Below, piece after piece: positions 44,735 through 54,381 of a stretch of 64,000 bases of DNA; position 1 is the stretch's first letter; every line of letters begins with the position of its first letter. This stretch comes from an uncultured Planctomycetota bacterium (lineage in GTDB: Bacteria; Planctomycetota; Brocadiia; CAIUPP01): the NCBI GenBank assembly GCA_903901045.1, contig CAIUPP010000061.1:38374-102373 (forward strand). Reading direction: 5' to 3'. Under the pieces are notes generated by a model. That model had not been told where the DNA came from, did not search any database, and saw nothing but the letters and a program-made list of their open reading frames with translations. A program made the position numbers and the translations under genes.

Positions 44735-46090
44735 TCATCGGCCCGACGACGTCGTGAGGCTCTGCTTGAGTTGATCCATGGTTTTGGAAAGAGAGGGATT
44801 ATTGCGGACATCTTCCGCAATCTTGGACTCGGCATGGAGCACCGTGCTGTGGTCGCGGCCGCCGAAATACCCCCCGATTTCCTCCAGTGAGAGAGTCGTC
44901 AGCGCGCGCGCCAGATACATGCAGACCTGGCGGGGCATGACGATCGAGCGCGTCCTCTTTTTCGATTGAAGGTCGGCGACGCGCACGTTGAAATGCGCCG
45001 TGACGACGCGCATGATCTCTTCTATCGTGACCGCCGCCATCGGCGAAGCCGGCTCATGCAGCGCCGTCCGCGCGACTTCCAGCGTGATAGGCTTGTTCAA
45101 CAGCGAGGCATACCCCAGCACTTTGGTGATCGCGCCATCCAATTCGCGGATGTTGCTGGTGATCAGGTTGGCGATGAACTCGATCACGTCGTCCGGGATC
45201 TCCACCTGGCGCAACTCCGCCTTCCGATGGAGGATCGCCACGCGCATTTCGTAGCCGGGGGGGTCGATGCGCGCGACCAGCCCGCTCTTGAACCGCGAGG
45301 TGAGCCGCTCCTGCAGGCCGGAAAGGTCCTGCGGCGGCTGGTCGCTGGAGATGACGATCTGCTTCTGCGCGTTGTAGAGATCGTTGAACGTGTGGAAGAA
45401 CTCCTCCTGGCTGCGCTCGGCGCGAGAGAGGAACTGGATGTCATCGATGAAGAGGAAGTCGAGCTGCCGGTAGCGGGCGCGGAAGGAGGGGAGGTCGTTG
45501 CGCTGAATCGCGGCGATGAATTCGTTGACGAACGTTTCGCAGGAGAGGTACGCGATGCGCCGCGCGCCGAATTTCGCGCGGCCGACGTGGCAGATCGCCT
45601 GCAGCAGATGACTCTTGCCCAGGCCGACGGCGCCGTACAGGAAGAGCGGATTGTACGTGCGCCCGGGGCTTTCGCTCACCGCGATGGCGGCGGCATGCGC
45701 GAGCTGGTTCGACGGGCCCACCACGAAGGAGTCGAACGTGTAATGCTCGTTCAGCCGCAGGCCGGGGCCGATCACGACCGGTTCCATGGGGAGCTGTTCC
45801 AGCGGCTCCGGCTCGCGCGGCGCGGGGGCCGGGGCGGAAGCGTCCAGGCTGAAGCGGATGGCCGGCTGGCCGCCCATCACCTGCACAGCGCACTCCTGAA
45901 GGAGTTTCAGGTAGTTCTGCGCCAGCCACTCCTTAAAGAAGTTGTTCGGCACGCGGATGACCAATTCTTCCGCGCTGCAGGAGACCGGCTTGAGGTTCTG
46001 GAACCAGGTGGCGTACTGCTGCTGGCTGACTCGCTTGCGGATGGCATCAAGAAATTCCGGCCAGACGGTCGTTTCCGTCAGCAAGGTCAT
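44735..46090 (-). CDS. dnaA: chromosomal replication initiator DnaA
   Basis: ATG at 46090 (MTLLTETTVWPEF...). AAA+ Walker A GAVGLGKSHLL and the C-terminal DnaA-box-binding HTH. Confidence 0.95.
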   Translation of the reverse strand: MTLLTETTVWPEFLDAIRKRVSQQQYATWFQNLKPVSCSAEELVIRVPNNFFKEWLAQNYLKLLQECAVQVMGGQPAIRFSLDASAPAPAPREPEPLEQLPMEPVVIGPGLRLNEHYTFDSFVVGPSNQLAHAAAIAVSESPGRTYNPLFLYGAVGLGKSHLLQAICHVGRAKFGARRIAYLSCETFVNEFIAAIQRNDLPSFRARYRQLDFLFIDDIQFLSRAERSQEEFFHTFNDLYNAQKQIVISSDQPPQDLSGLQERLTSRFKSGLVARIDPPGYEMRVAILHRKAELRQVEIPDDVIEFIANLITSNIRELDGAITKVLGYASLLNKPITLEVARTALHEPASPMAAVTIEEIMRVVTAHFNVRVADLQSKKRTRSIVMPRQVCMYLARALTTLSLEEIGGYFGGRDHSTVLHAESKIAEDVRNNPSLSKTMDQLKQSLTTSSGR

Positions 46091-46550
46091 AGGCGTCTCC
46101 AGTGTGATGCTCCGGCCGAGGCCGGCGGCTTGCGATGATCGGACGGCGCTGCCAGGCGGCAATATGTCCCGGATCGAAACAGACGGCCGAGGATTCGACC
46201 TGAACGCTCTGGGCTGCGCCGGACGGCAACCAAGTATGTTACGCACCGCCCGGCAGGATGTCAACAAGCGGAAACAAGAGGGGGGATGCCGGTTGCGCAG
46301 GACTTGGAGTGCGCCGCCAAAGGCGGCGCTTTGGCTGCGTACGAACGGGCCATTCCCGGCCGACCCCGCGCATGAGCGAATCCGGCCCAAGACAAAGCGG
46401 CGTCTTTGCCGCCGCAGTCCACACTGTCGCGCCTTGTCATCGCACAAGCTTGCCAAAGTATTGGTTGAACGTTGATCCCGGTCCCCCCTCTCCGCCGCTT
46501 GCATTCCCCGCAGTCCCTCCCGTATGCTCAGGCTCCTTCAGGAGGGAAAA

Positions 46551-46596
46551 GGGGTCTGGCTGCTTTTCACCGTTGTGAAAAGATGCCTGACCCCGG
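46551..46596. repeat. family-2 palindromic element GGGGTCNGGCTGCTTTTCRCCGTKGYGAAAAGATGCCTGACCCC
   Basis: Nearly identical copy at 55263-55308, which lies inside the pabB ORF. Confidence 0.75.
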
Positions 46597-46614
46597 TTCG
46601 CCCGGGAGAGCAGG

Positions 46615-47646
46615 ATGGTCTGGCAGGAACATATCGGCGCGCTTCACGTGCATTCCCGGTACAGCGACGGCTCCGGGACGGTGGAGGAGATTCTCCGCGC
46701 CGCGCGGCAGGCGGGGCTCGACCACGTCGTGCTGACCGACCACGACAGCCTCGCGGCGGCGCGCGAGGGATGGGGCGGCGAGCGCAGCGGGGTGCGGCTG
46801 ATGGTGGGCGTCGAGATCACCCCCAGGGGTCAGGCGCACGTCCTGGCGCTGCGGGTAGACCATTGCGAGGGGTACGCGGCGCGGCACAACGCGCGGGCGC
46901 TGGATGAGGTGGTGGCGCAGGGGGGGTATGCGCTGGTCGCGCACCCGCTGGGGAAGAACAAGCCGCTGCTGGGGATCCGCCAGCCCCCCTGGTACAACTG
47001 GAGCCACCCCGCCATTCGCGGCCTTGAACTCTGGTCGTACACGCATGACTGGGTGGATGGGGTGGCCTGGTGGCGGCTGCCGGAGGCGTACAGCTTCTGG
47101 CGGCATCCGGAGAGCAAGGTGCGCGGGCCGTATCCCGGCGTGCTGTCGATGTGGGATGAAATGGGCCGAAGCCGCCGGCTGGCCGGATGGGGGGGCGTCG
47201 ATTGCCACGCCAAGCCGGTTCCGCTGACCGGCTGGAAGGTGTTCGGCTACGAGCGGATGTTCCGCTTCCTGCGCAATCACCTCTTCATCGAGGAGACGGA
47301 ATACCGGCGCGATCCGGACGCGGCGATCTGGTCGGCGCTGGCGGAGGGGCGCGGCTTCCTGGCGCACGACGCGCTGGCGGATTCGACCGGCGCGCGCTGC
47401 GGCTGCCTCTTCGATGATGGGCGGCTCCTGCAGATGGGGGAGGAAGCGCCGTTCGCCCACGGCGCGGTGATGACGCTGTCGCTGCCGGAGGAGGGGGAGA
47501 TTCGCTGGCTGCAGGATGGCCGTTGCCGCCTCTGCGCCCGCGGACGCGCGCTGCACGGGGAACCGGCGGGGCCGGGGGTGTATCGCTTCGAGGTGCTGCG
47601 CCGCGGGAGGCCCTGGCTGTTCACGAATCCGTTCTATCTGCGCTGA
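46615..47646 (+). CDS. PHP-domain (polymerase/histidinol-phosphatase-like) metal-dependent phosphoesterase
   Basis: LHVHSRYSDGSGT...VLTDHD is a PHP motif I/II. Confidence 0.7.
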   Translation: MVWQEHIGALHVHSRYSDGSGTVEEILRAARQAGLDHVVLTDHDSLAAAREGWGGERSGVRLMVGVEITPRGQAHVLALRVDHCEGYAARHNARALDEVVAQGGYALVAHPLGKNKPLLGIRQPPWYNWSHPAIRGLELWSYTHDWVDGVAWWRLPEAYSFWRHPESKVRGPYPGVLSMWDEMGRSRRLAGWGGVDCHAKPVPLTGWKVFGYERMFRFLRNHLFIEETEYRRDPDAAIWSALAEGRGFLAHDALADSTGARCGCLFDDGRLLQMGEEAPFAHGAVMTLSLPEEGEIRWLQDGRCRLCARGRALHGEPAGPGVYRFEVLRRGRPWLFTNPFYLR

Positions 47647-47743
47647 GGCGGAAGTTGGCGCGGTTCACCACAACCAGGGCGCAGCCCATCGAGAGCCTCA
47701 GGGTCGAACGACATGCTGCGCCCCTACAGCAAACCCACGGCCG

Positions 47744-48811
47744 TCACTTCGGCCTGTCTTTCCAGCCCGCGATGTAATTGACAAACCCCTTGCTCTGCGT
47801 CACCACCGGCTCGTTGTTCTTGTCGAACGTGACGAACATCGCTTCGAGCCCCTTGTGCGCCTCGACGTACTTGAGCCCTTCCTCCACCCCCATGACGCTC
47901 AGGGCCGTGTCCAGGATGTCCGTGGTGGTCGTGTCCGGGCCGACGACGGTGACGCTCGGGACGTTGTCCGCGGTCCAGCCGGTGCGCGGGTCCACGATGT
48001 GCGAGTAATGCTTCCCCTGGATCGTCACATAGCGCTGGTAATTGCCGGAGGTGGAGACGGCCTGGTCCGTAAGCTCGAGCACCGCCAGCAGGGCGGCGGG
48101 GTTGTTCGGCTGGCGCGGGTCCTGCACGCCAATGCGCCAGGGGCGGCCCTCGGGGTTGTGTCCCATCGCGTAGATATCGCCGGAGCCGGCCAGGAGGGCG
48201 TTATGCACGCCGCGCTTCTTCAGCACTTCCAGCACGCGGTCCATGCAATATCCCTTGCCCAGCCCCCCCAGGTCGAGTTGAACGCCGGGCTTCGGCAGTT
48301 TCACCGTGTGCGCCACGGAGTCCAGAAGAACCTGATCGGCCCCGCCCAGCGCGCGCGCCGCGTCGAGCTCCGCCTGAGTGGGCAGCCGGTCCGCCTTGCC
48401 CGCCTCGCGCCAGACCTGGAGCAGCGGGCCGCAGGTGATATCGAAGGTCTTGTTCGTCAGGTCGTACCATTTCACGCCGTCGGCGATGCAGTCGAACAGA
48501 TCCGGCTCCACGCGAACCGGGCGCTGGGCCCCTTCGGCGTTGACCAGGGCCAGTTCAGATTTGGGATCATGCGCGCTGAGCTCGCGCTGGAGCGTGTCGA
48601 GCCGGTCGAACGCGGCGCGGAGATGCCCCTTCGCGGTCGCCTCATCCCGAGCGGCGATGGTGAGGGTGATGGTGGTGCTCATCAGGTTACGCGATTCGCT
48701 GACGGCCTTTTCCGGCGTCTGCGCGCAGCCGAGCGGCGCGATGGCCGCCCATCCCAGCAGGAAGAGCGAGCCGAGGAACATGCGGCGCGGTGCGTGAAGA
48801 ATCATGGGCAT
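47744..48811 (-). CDS. apbE: ApbE-family FAD:protein FMN transferase (lipoprotein)
   Basis: Lipobox LGCAQ. ApbE motifs (DLGGLGKGYCMD, GDIYAMG). Confidence 0.85.
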   Translation of the reverse strand: MPMILHAPRRMFLGSLFLLGWAAIAPLGCAQTPEKAVSESRNLMSTTITLTIAARDEATAKGHLRAAFDRLDTLQRELSAHDPKSELALVNAEGAQRPVRVEPDLFDCIADGVKWYDLTNKTFDITCGPLLQVWREAGKADRLPTQAELDAARALGGADQVLLDSVAHTVKLPKPGVQLDLGGLGKGYCMDRVLEVLKKRGVHNALLAGSGDIYAMGHNPEGRPWRIGVQDPRQPNNPAALLAVLELTDQAVSTSGNYQRYVTIQGKHYSHIVDPRTGWTADNVPSVTVVGPDTTTTDILDTALSVMGVEEGLKYVEAHKGLEAMFVTFDKNNEPVVTQSKGFVNYIAGWKDRPK

Positions 48812-48900
48812 AATGGCCTCCTTCTGCCGCCTATTATAGGCCATCCGCCCCGGGGTAAGCCAGACCTCGATCCATGTCCGCGCCAGGAGCAAAAGGAAAA

Positions 48901-48990
48901 GCCTTGCGAAGGTTCGTTCAGGCCTTCGCAAGGCTCTCCGCACACCAACCGACCCAGCGAAGGGCTAAGCAAGCCTTCGCAGGGTATCGC
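48901..48990. repeat. family-3 palindromic element (CCTTGCGAAGGTTCG ... CCTTCGCAAGG)
   Basis: Second copy at 62440-62482. Confidence 0.7.
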
Positions 48991-49005
48991 GCTGGCTCCA
49001 GCCGA

Positions 49006-51111
49006 TCACTTCCCGGCGGCCGCCTCCAGCGCCTGCAGCCGGCGCTCCAGCGCCTGCGCCGCCGCGCGCTGATCCGCGCACTCCTTCTTCAGCGCGGCGA
49101 TCTCTGCCTCTTTCTGCTGAACGACCTTGTAGAGCCCCTGGATGGAGGCCAGGGCGATGCCGTTGGCATCCAGCGCGCAGATCGTCTTGTCGTCGCCGCC
49201 GAGCCGGAAGGCGGCGTAGAGGTCCTGCGCCATCGGGCCGAGGTGCTGGACCGACGGGCCGTTGACCTTGTAGTTCCATGCCTGCACCGGCACGGCGGCC
49301 AGTGTGCGCAAAATCGCCAGCGTGTCCACGGCGGTGAGGTTCTCTTTGCGCGCCCGGTCGGAGGTGTCGTGCCAGTTGCCGTCAACCCCCAGGTAAGCGC
49401 CGGTCGAGGTGTCGATGACTTTGGTCGCGTCGTTCGGCTGAATGGTGATGACCGCTCCGCCGCTATACGTGAACGTGTTCTGCAAACCGGTGAACAGGTT
49501 GTTGTTGGCCAGATGCGCCATTTGAGAAGCGTGGTCGCCGTCGAGCATGTCCGCGTTGAGGTTGGCGACCAGCGAGGTCGAGCTGACGGCGAACGGGGCG
49601 GTGCCGGTGGCGACCATGGACACGATCTGCCCGCCGGCAAAGATGCGGTTGGGGGTGGCCAGCCCGTACCCGGAGGGGCTGGAGGACTGTCCATACACGC
49701 CATAGGTGGCGCCGGAGCCCGCGCCTGCGATGCCCAGGACACCCATGTACGGCGCCCAGGCGGATACGCCGGTTCCCGTGTCGCCGTTGGCGGTGAAGTG
49801 GCCGCCGATGTTCGACACCGCGCCGGGTGCGGAGGCGTTCCCTTCCACCCCGAGATGCGGCGCCGTGGCCTCAACGCCGACGCCGCTGTTGCCCGAAGCA
49901 ATGAAATAGCCGCCGTAGTTGGTGACATCGCCGGTCGCCGTCGCCGAGGCATAGACGCCGCGCGCCGCGTTGCCGCCGGCGGTGAAGTAGCCGCCATAGT
50001 TGCCCAGATCCCCTGTTCCGGTGGCTATTCCCTGAACGGCCAGGAATGACGCCGTGCCAAAGACCCCGGTGCCGAAATTGCCCCCTGCGGAGAAACTGCC
50101 GCCGACGTTGCTGATGTCGCCGCCGGCCACGGCAGAGCCGCTGACGCCCACGCCGCTCTCACCTGCGGCCGTGAAGTAGCCGCCGTAGTTTGTCCTTGCG
50201 CCGGTGGCTGTGGCGCTGCCGCGCACCGCCTGCGCGCCGGAGTTGGAATCGAAGGTCGACACTTGGAACTTCGCCACGGTCCCGGTCGTGCCGACGCCGA
50301 CCGTGCCGTCCGCGAGAATGCGCATCGCTTCCAAGCCGTTGGTCTTGAGCACGAGCGCCTGCGAATCCGTGGTGCCCAGGAAGTTCGTGCCGGGCGTCGT
50401 GTCCGCATTGCCGATGCGCGACCAGGCGTCCAGGCTGCCGGGCGTGCCCGCGGGCCCGCTCAAACCAGTTGCGCCCGTGGGGCCCATTGCGCCGGTTGCT
50501 CCGGTAGCGCCGGCCGCACCCGCTGCGCCGGTCAGGCCTGTTGCGCCGGTCGAGCCCGTCGCACCCGTCGCACCCGTTGCGCCGGTCGCGCCGGTCGGAC
50601 CTGTTGCGCCAGCAGCGCCGGTCGGGCCCGTGGGTCCTGCCGGCCCCGCCGCGCCCGCCGCGATTTCCGCAGCGTGCAATCCGTCCAGGGTGTCTGCGTC
50701 GCCGGCCGTCGCGGCGTAAAGGCTCTGCATCAAATTACCGAGGGGCCGCCGCGTGGCCAGCGGGATATAGGTGCCGGTCCCCGCCACGGCGCGATACGCC
50801 ACCTGCACCCAGCGCGCCTCGCCGTTGAATGCGCCCGCGCCGAAATCGAGCGAGACGGTATACGCGCCCTTGGTGATCACCGTGCCCGAATGGTCCACGG
50901 CGCCGCCGATCTGCAAGCCGCCGGTGGCGGCATTCCAGAGAGTGAAGCGCATGTCGCACGGGCTCTTCACCTTGGCCTCGGTCTTACCGATGGTGTCGCT
51001 GAATAGGAAGGCGGTTCCCATGGGCGCCGCGAACGCCGCGGCGCAGACGAAAGACAAAACGGCCAGAACGGCTGCGACATTCCGCGCGCACCGCCGCATT
51101 CCCGTCGACAT
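49006..51111 (-). CDS. secreted collagen-like (Gly-X-Y) repeat protein with C-terminal phage-tail-fibre-type intramolecular chaperone (Peptidase_S74-like) domain
   Basis: Signal peptide. [22 protein letters not shown]... tract. Repeated YGGYFTAxG units. C-terminal [12 protein letters not shown]...VQAWNYK matches the S74 chaperone 'SDxRxKxNI' signature. Confidence 0.75.
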   Translation of the reverse strand: MSTGMRRCARNVAAVLAVLSFVCAAAFAAPMGTAFLFSDTIGKTEAKVKSPCDMRFTLWNAATGGLQIGGAVDHSGTVITKGAYTVSLDFGAGAFNGEARWVQVAYRAVAGTGTYIPLATRRPLGNLMQSLYAATAGDADTLDGLHAAEIAAGAAGPAGPTGPTGAAGATGPTGATGATGATGATGSTGATGLTGAAGAAGATGATGAMGPTGATGLSGPAGTPGSLDAWSRIGNADTTPGTNFLGTTDSQALVLKTNGLEAMRILADGTVGVGTTGTVAKFQVSTFDSNSGAQAVRGSATATGARTNYGGYFTAAGESGVGVSGSAVAGGDISNVGGSFSAGGNFGTGVFGTASFLAVQGIATGTGDLGNYGGYFTAGGNAARGVYASATATGDVTNYGGYFIASGNSGVGVEATAPHLGVEGNASAPGAVSNIGGHFTANGDTGTGVSAWAPYMGVLGIAGAGSGATYGVYGQSSSPSGYGLATPNRIFAGGQIVSMVATGTAPFAVSSTSLVANLNADMLDGDHASQMAHLANNNLFTGLQNTFTYSGGAVITIQPNDATKVIDTSTGAYLGVDGNWHDTSDRARKENLTAVDTLAILRTLAAVPVQAWNYKVNGPSVQHLGPMAQDLYAAFRLGGDDKTICALDANGIALASIQGLYKVVQQKEAEIAALKKECADQRAAAQALERRLQALEAAAGK

Positions 51112-51305
51112 GGTCCTCTCCTTATTGCCGTGGCTTTGCCAGGGGCCGACCGCCTCGGTCGCCGCTGACGCGTCCGGCGGTATTCTACGCTTCCGGCGCG
51201 AAATCGCAAGAAGAACTCCCCCTCCACTTGCGGCGGGCGCGGCGGTGGACTAAGCTATCCGGTCGACGGCGGATTTTTCCAGGATGGCCCAAACGGGAGA
51301 ATGAC

Positions 51306-52502
51306 ATGAAACGATTCTGGCGCGGCGCGTTGATCCTGACGGCGGTGATTGCGGTGGGGATGGGCGGGTGCGCGAAACAGAAGGTGACGCCCCCCCCGCC
51401 GGTGGCGAAGAACTTCTACCGCGAGCTGCCCGCCGGCGCGGCGGCGCTGCGCAAGATCACCGACCCCGCGCGCGTTCCGGACTTCCGCCCCGCCTGGGCC
51501 GACCGCGCGGGCCTGCAGGAGGCGCTCGACGAAAGCATCCGCTACATGGCCGCCCCCTCCAGCAACAAGTACTACCCGGTGCAGGGGGAGATCACCCACG
51601 CGCGCGTCAGCGCCGGCCTCGGGCTCTTCGCCGAACTGCTCCGCGCCTCCGCCACGCCGGATGAATTGCAGCAGCGCCTGCTCGAATCCTTCGACGTGTA
51701 CGAATCAGTGGGCTGCGACGACCAGGGCTCGGTGCTCTTCACCGGGTACTACACCCCCATCTTCAATGCCAGCCTCACTCCCACCGCGGAGTACAAGTAC
51801 CCGCTCTATAAGCGCCCGACCGACCTGGTGAGCGACGGCGAGGGGAACACGCAGGGGCGGCGCGAGGCGGATGGAAAAGTCGTCCCCTATTACACCCGCG
51901 CGGAGATCGACGCCGGCGCGCTCAAGGGGAGCGAGTTGGTGTATCTGAAGGACCGGTTCGAGGCGTATGTCTGCACGATCCAGGGCTCCGCGCGCCTGCG
52001 GCTGCCCGGCGGGGAATGGTTCAAGGTCGGCTACGCCGGCAACAACGGCAAGGAGCATACCGCCATCGGCAAGCTGATGATCCAGGATGGCCTGATCCAG
52101 CCGGCGCAGTTGTCCCTCTCCGGCCTGATGAGCTACTTCGCCTCGCACCCGGAGCAGCTCGACGTCTACCTGCCGCGCAATGAGCGCTATGTCTTCTTCC
52201 AGAAGAGCGACACCGACCCGCTCGGCAGCCTGGGCCGGCCCGTGACGGCGTATCGCAGCTTGGCCACCGACAAGAGCCTGTTCCCGCGCGGCGCGCTGGT
52301 GTTCGTGAACACGCGCATTCCGACGGCGGACGGCGCGACGCAGCGCCCCTTCCAGCAGTTCATGTTCGACCAGGACGCGGGCGGGGCGATTCGCGCCGCC
52401 GGCCGCGCGGATATCTACCTGGGGATCGGCGACGAGGCCGGACGCCTCGCCGGCTGGACGCTCAACGAAGGGAAGCTGTACTACCTGATCGCGAAGGAAT
52501 AG
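51306..52502 (+). CDS. mltA: membrane-bound lytic murein transglycosylase A (MltA; lipoprotein, 3D domain)
   Basis: Lipobox GMGGCAK. MltA and 3D domain motifs. Confidence 0.8.
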   Translation: MKRFWRGALILTAVIAVGMGGCAKQKVTPPPPVAKNFYRELPAGAAALRKITDPARVPDFRPAWADRAGLQEALDESIRYMAAPSSNKYYPVQGEITHARVSAGLGLFAELLRASATPDELQQRLLESFDVYESVGCDDQGSVLFTGYYTPIFNASLTPTAEYKYPLYKRPTDLVSDGEGNTQGRREADGKVVPYYTRAEIDAGALKGSELVYLKDRFEAYVCTIQGSARLRLPGGEWFKVGYAGNNGKEHTAIGKLMIQDGLIQPAQLSLSGLMSYFASHPEQLDVYLPRNERYVFFQKSDTDPLGSLGRPVTAYRSLATDKSLFPRGALVFVNTRIPTADGATQRPFQQFMFDQDAGGAIRAAGRADIYLGIGDEAGRLAGWTLNEGKLYYLIAKE

Positions 52503-54145
52503 AGGGCCGCGGGCGAAGGATTGGACTCGTCCGGCGCGGCGGCTTGCTGAAGCGCGGTGTCATGCAAGCCTGTCCCCGACCGCCGTTCCGCAATGATCGC
52601 GTCCGGCTTGCCCGGGAGGAAACCGATCCGCAAGCCGTTCGTGAACTGCACTCCGTCCACCCCGGCATCGGAATACGCCGTCGGCGGGGCCGAAGGGGTC
52701 TCCTGCGCGTACAGGATGAACTGGTTGGCTCCGTCATGAAGGTCCGGCAGCGCTTCGGGGGCGCACTGCAGCGTGGTCACCACGTCGAGCGACTGAATCC
52801 GCAGCCCCGCCTCCGGCACCGAGATTCCCAGCGCGTAGCCGAAGAGCGGCTGCCCGCTGAAGAACTCATCCAGGACCACCGAGCAATCCCCCGTCAATGC
52901 GCCCGCCGGCCGCCACGCTTCCAGGGAGGGGAGTTGCCCCCGCGCGAACGGCAGGATGGAAAGCTGCGCAGGCTCCGGCGACTCGACGGAGGCGACGACC
53001 CGCGCGCCGGTCATCAGGAAGGGGCTGGTCATCGGAACCACCAGGCTGGCCGGGCGCAGCGGCTCGATCCGGCGCAGCACCAGCGAACCATCCTTCAGCG
53101 AGAGGGAGACGTTCTCCAGCAGCAGCCCGTGCGGCGCTCCGCCGGCGAAGTTTTCCGGCAGGTAGCGCCACATCAGCCGGCCGGTGGCTTCGATCGGGAG
53201 CGGCATTTCGTAGGAAGCCCCGTTGCGCATGGGGAAAATTTCGGTGCGCTCGCCGGGGAGCAGGTCGAAGCGCATATAGTGGTGGAACATGTGGAAGAGC
53301 CCCGGGATGCGCTCGCGGTCGGCCAGCGACGGCTCTCCCTCGGCGCGTTCGAGGTACTCGACCTGCCCTTTGCGGAAAGCGTCGGCCAGCGTCTTGGGGG
53401 GGTAGTAGGCGTGGGGCGTGTTCTCCACCGGAGTCGCATCCGCCTTGAGATCCTCGGCCGAGGCCCATTCGCCGTCGGCGCGGCGGTAGACGGCATGCCC
53501 GTCTGGGTCCATGTAAATCCAGCGGCCGTCCGCGTACGCCTCCATCACGCAGTGCGCGATGGGAGGTTCCCCCTCTTCATACGTGATCCCCAGCAGGCGG
53601 GTCTTGCAGCCGGCCAGTTCGCACAGGGTGGAAAGCGTCTGGGCGGCATAATTGCACTGGGCGGTGCCCATGACGCTGAAAAGGGTGGGGGGATCCAGCA
53701 GCATTCCCCCGGTGCTGATGGGGTCGTAGTTGTAATAGTAGCGAGGGAAGAGGGCCCAGAGGGCGAGGACTTTGTCCGTCTCGGTGCGCGCGCCCGCCGT
53801 CACCGAGTCCACGATGGTCTGGGCGCTGTAGAAGTTGGGCATGTCGGCGCGGTAGAACCAGAAGTTCCGCACCTGGCGCGAGGAGGCATTCTCGATGACG
53901 ATCATTTCGGTGAAGGCGTCCGCCGCGTCCGCCGGGATGGCGAAAGAGCACCGCGACATCTGCGGCGCGCCCCGCAGGTCCACCTGACGCCAGCCGTCGG
54001 TGAAATCGCGTTCCGCCAGGGTCACCCCCGCCCCCCGCGGCTCCAGCCAGCCATTTCGGCAAGCTGCGATTCCGCCGAGGACCAGCAGCGCCACCAGTCC
54101 GGCCGGCACCGTCACCACCAGCAGCCAATGCTTGAACACCGCCAT
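52481..54145 (-). CDS. transglutaminase-like cysteine-protease-fold protein (membrane anchored)
   Basis: Core Cys...His...Asp arrangement (TAQCNYAAQTL...AHCVMEAYADGRWIYMDPD). The 3' end overlaps the convergent mltA by 22 nt. Confidence 0.65.
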   Translation of the reverse strand: MAVFKHWLLVVTVPAGLVALLVLGGIAACRNGWLEPRGAGVTLAERDFTDGWRQVDLRGAPQMSRCSFAIPADAADAFTEMIVIENASSRQVRNFWFYRADMPNFYSAQTIVDSVTAGARTETDKVLALWALFPRYYYNYDPISTGGMLLDPPTLFSVMGTAQCNYAAQTLSTLCELAGCKTRLLGITYEEGEPPIAHCVMEAYADGRWIYMDPDGHAVYRRADGEWASAEDLKADATPVENTPHAYYPPKTLADAFRKGQVEYLERAEGEPSLADRERIPGLFHMFHHYMRFDLLPGERTEIFPMRNGASYEMPLPIEATGRLMWRYLPENFAGGAPHGLLLENVSLSLKDGSLVLRRIEPLRPASLVVPMTSPFLMTGARVVASVESPEPAQLSILPFARGQLPSLEAWRPAGALTGDCSVVLDEFFSGQPLFGYALGISVPEAGLRIQSLDVVTTLQCAPEALPDLHDGANQFILYAQETPSAPPTAYSDAGVDGVQFTNGLRIGFLPGKPDAIIAERRSGTGLHDTALQQAAAPDESNPSPAALYSFAIR

Positions 54146-54381
54146 AGCCCACCCCCTCGAATGCGAACCATCTACGTGCAACTCTATTTCATGTGCAATC
54201 GGCATGCCGCAACTCGCGCAATCCGCGGGCGCACCGCTTTTGTGCTTGCGGGACTAGTGGATTCGCGCAATTTGCGGCGATCGCATGGCTGGCACATTCC
54301 CCCACCTGTTGTGTGTGGAAATCCTACACCCAGGAATTTCAGACACAGGCGGGTCGAAGATAGCACCGGGCCGGGAGAAAT

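Noticed and set aside
46091-46614. dnaA-upstream region as a second or alternative oriC
   Set aside because: It contains no consensus DnaA boxes and is not AT-rich. It contains a family-2 palindrome instead. The box cluster and the DNA unwinding element are in the dnaA-dnaN spacer.
49006-51111. Collagen-like/S74-chaperone gene as evidence of a prophage
   Set aside because: Its neighbours are apbE, mltA and a transglutaminase-like gene. No capsid, terminase or integrase genes lie nearby, and no attachment-site-like tRNA junction is adjacent.
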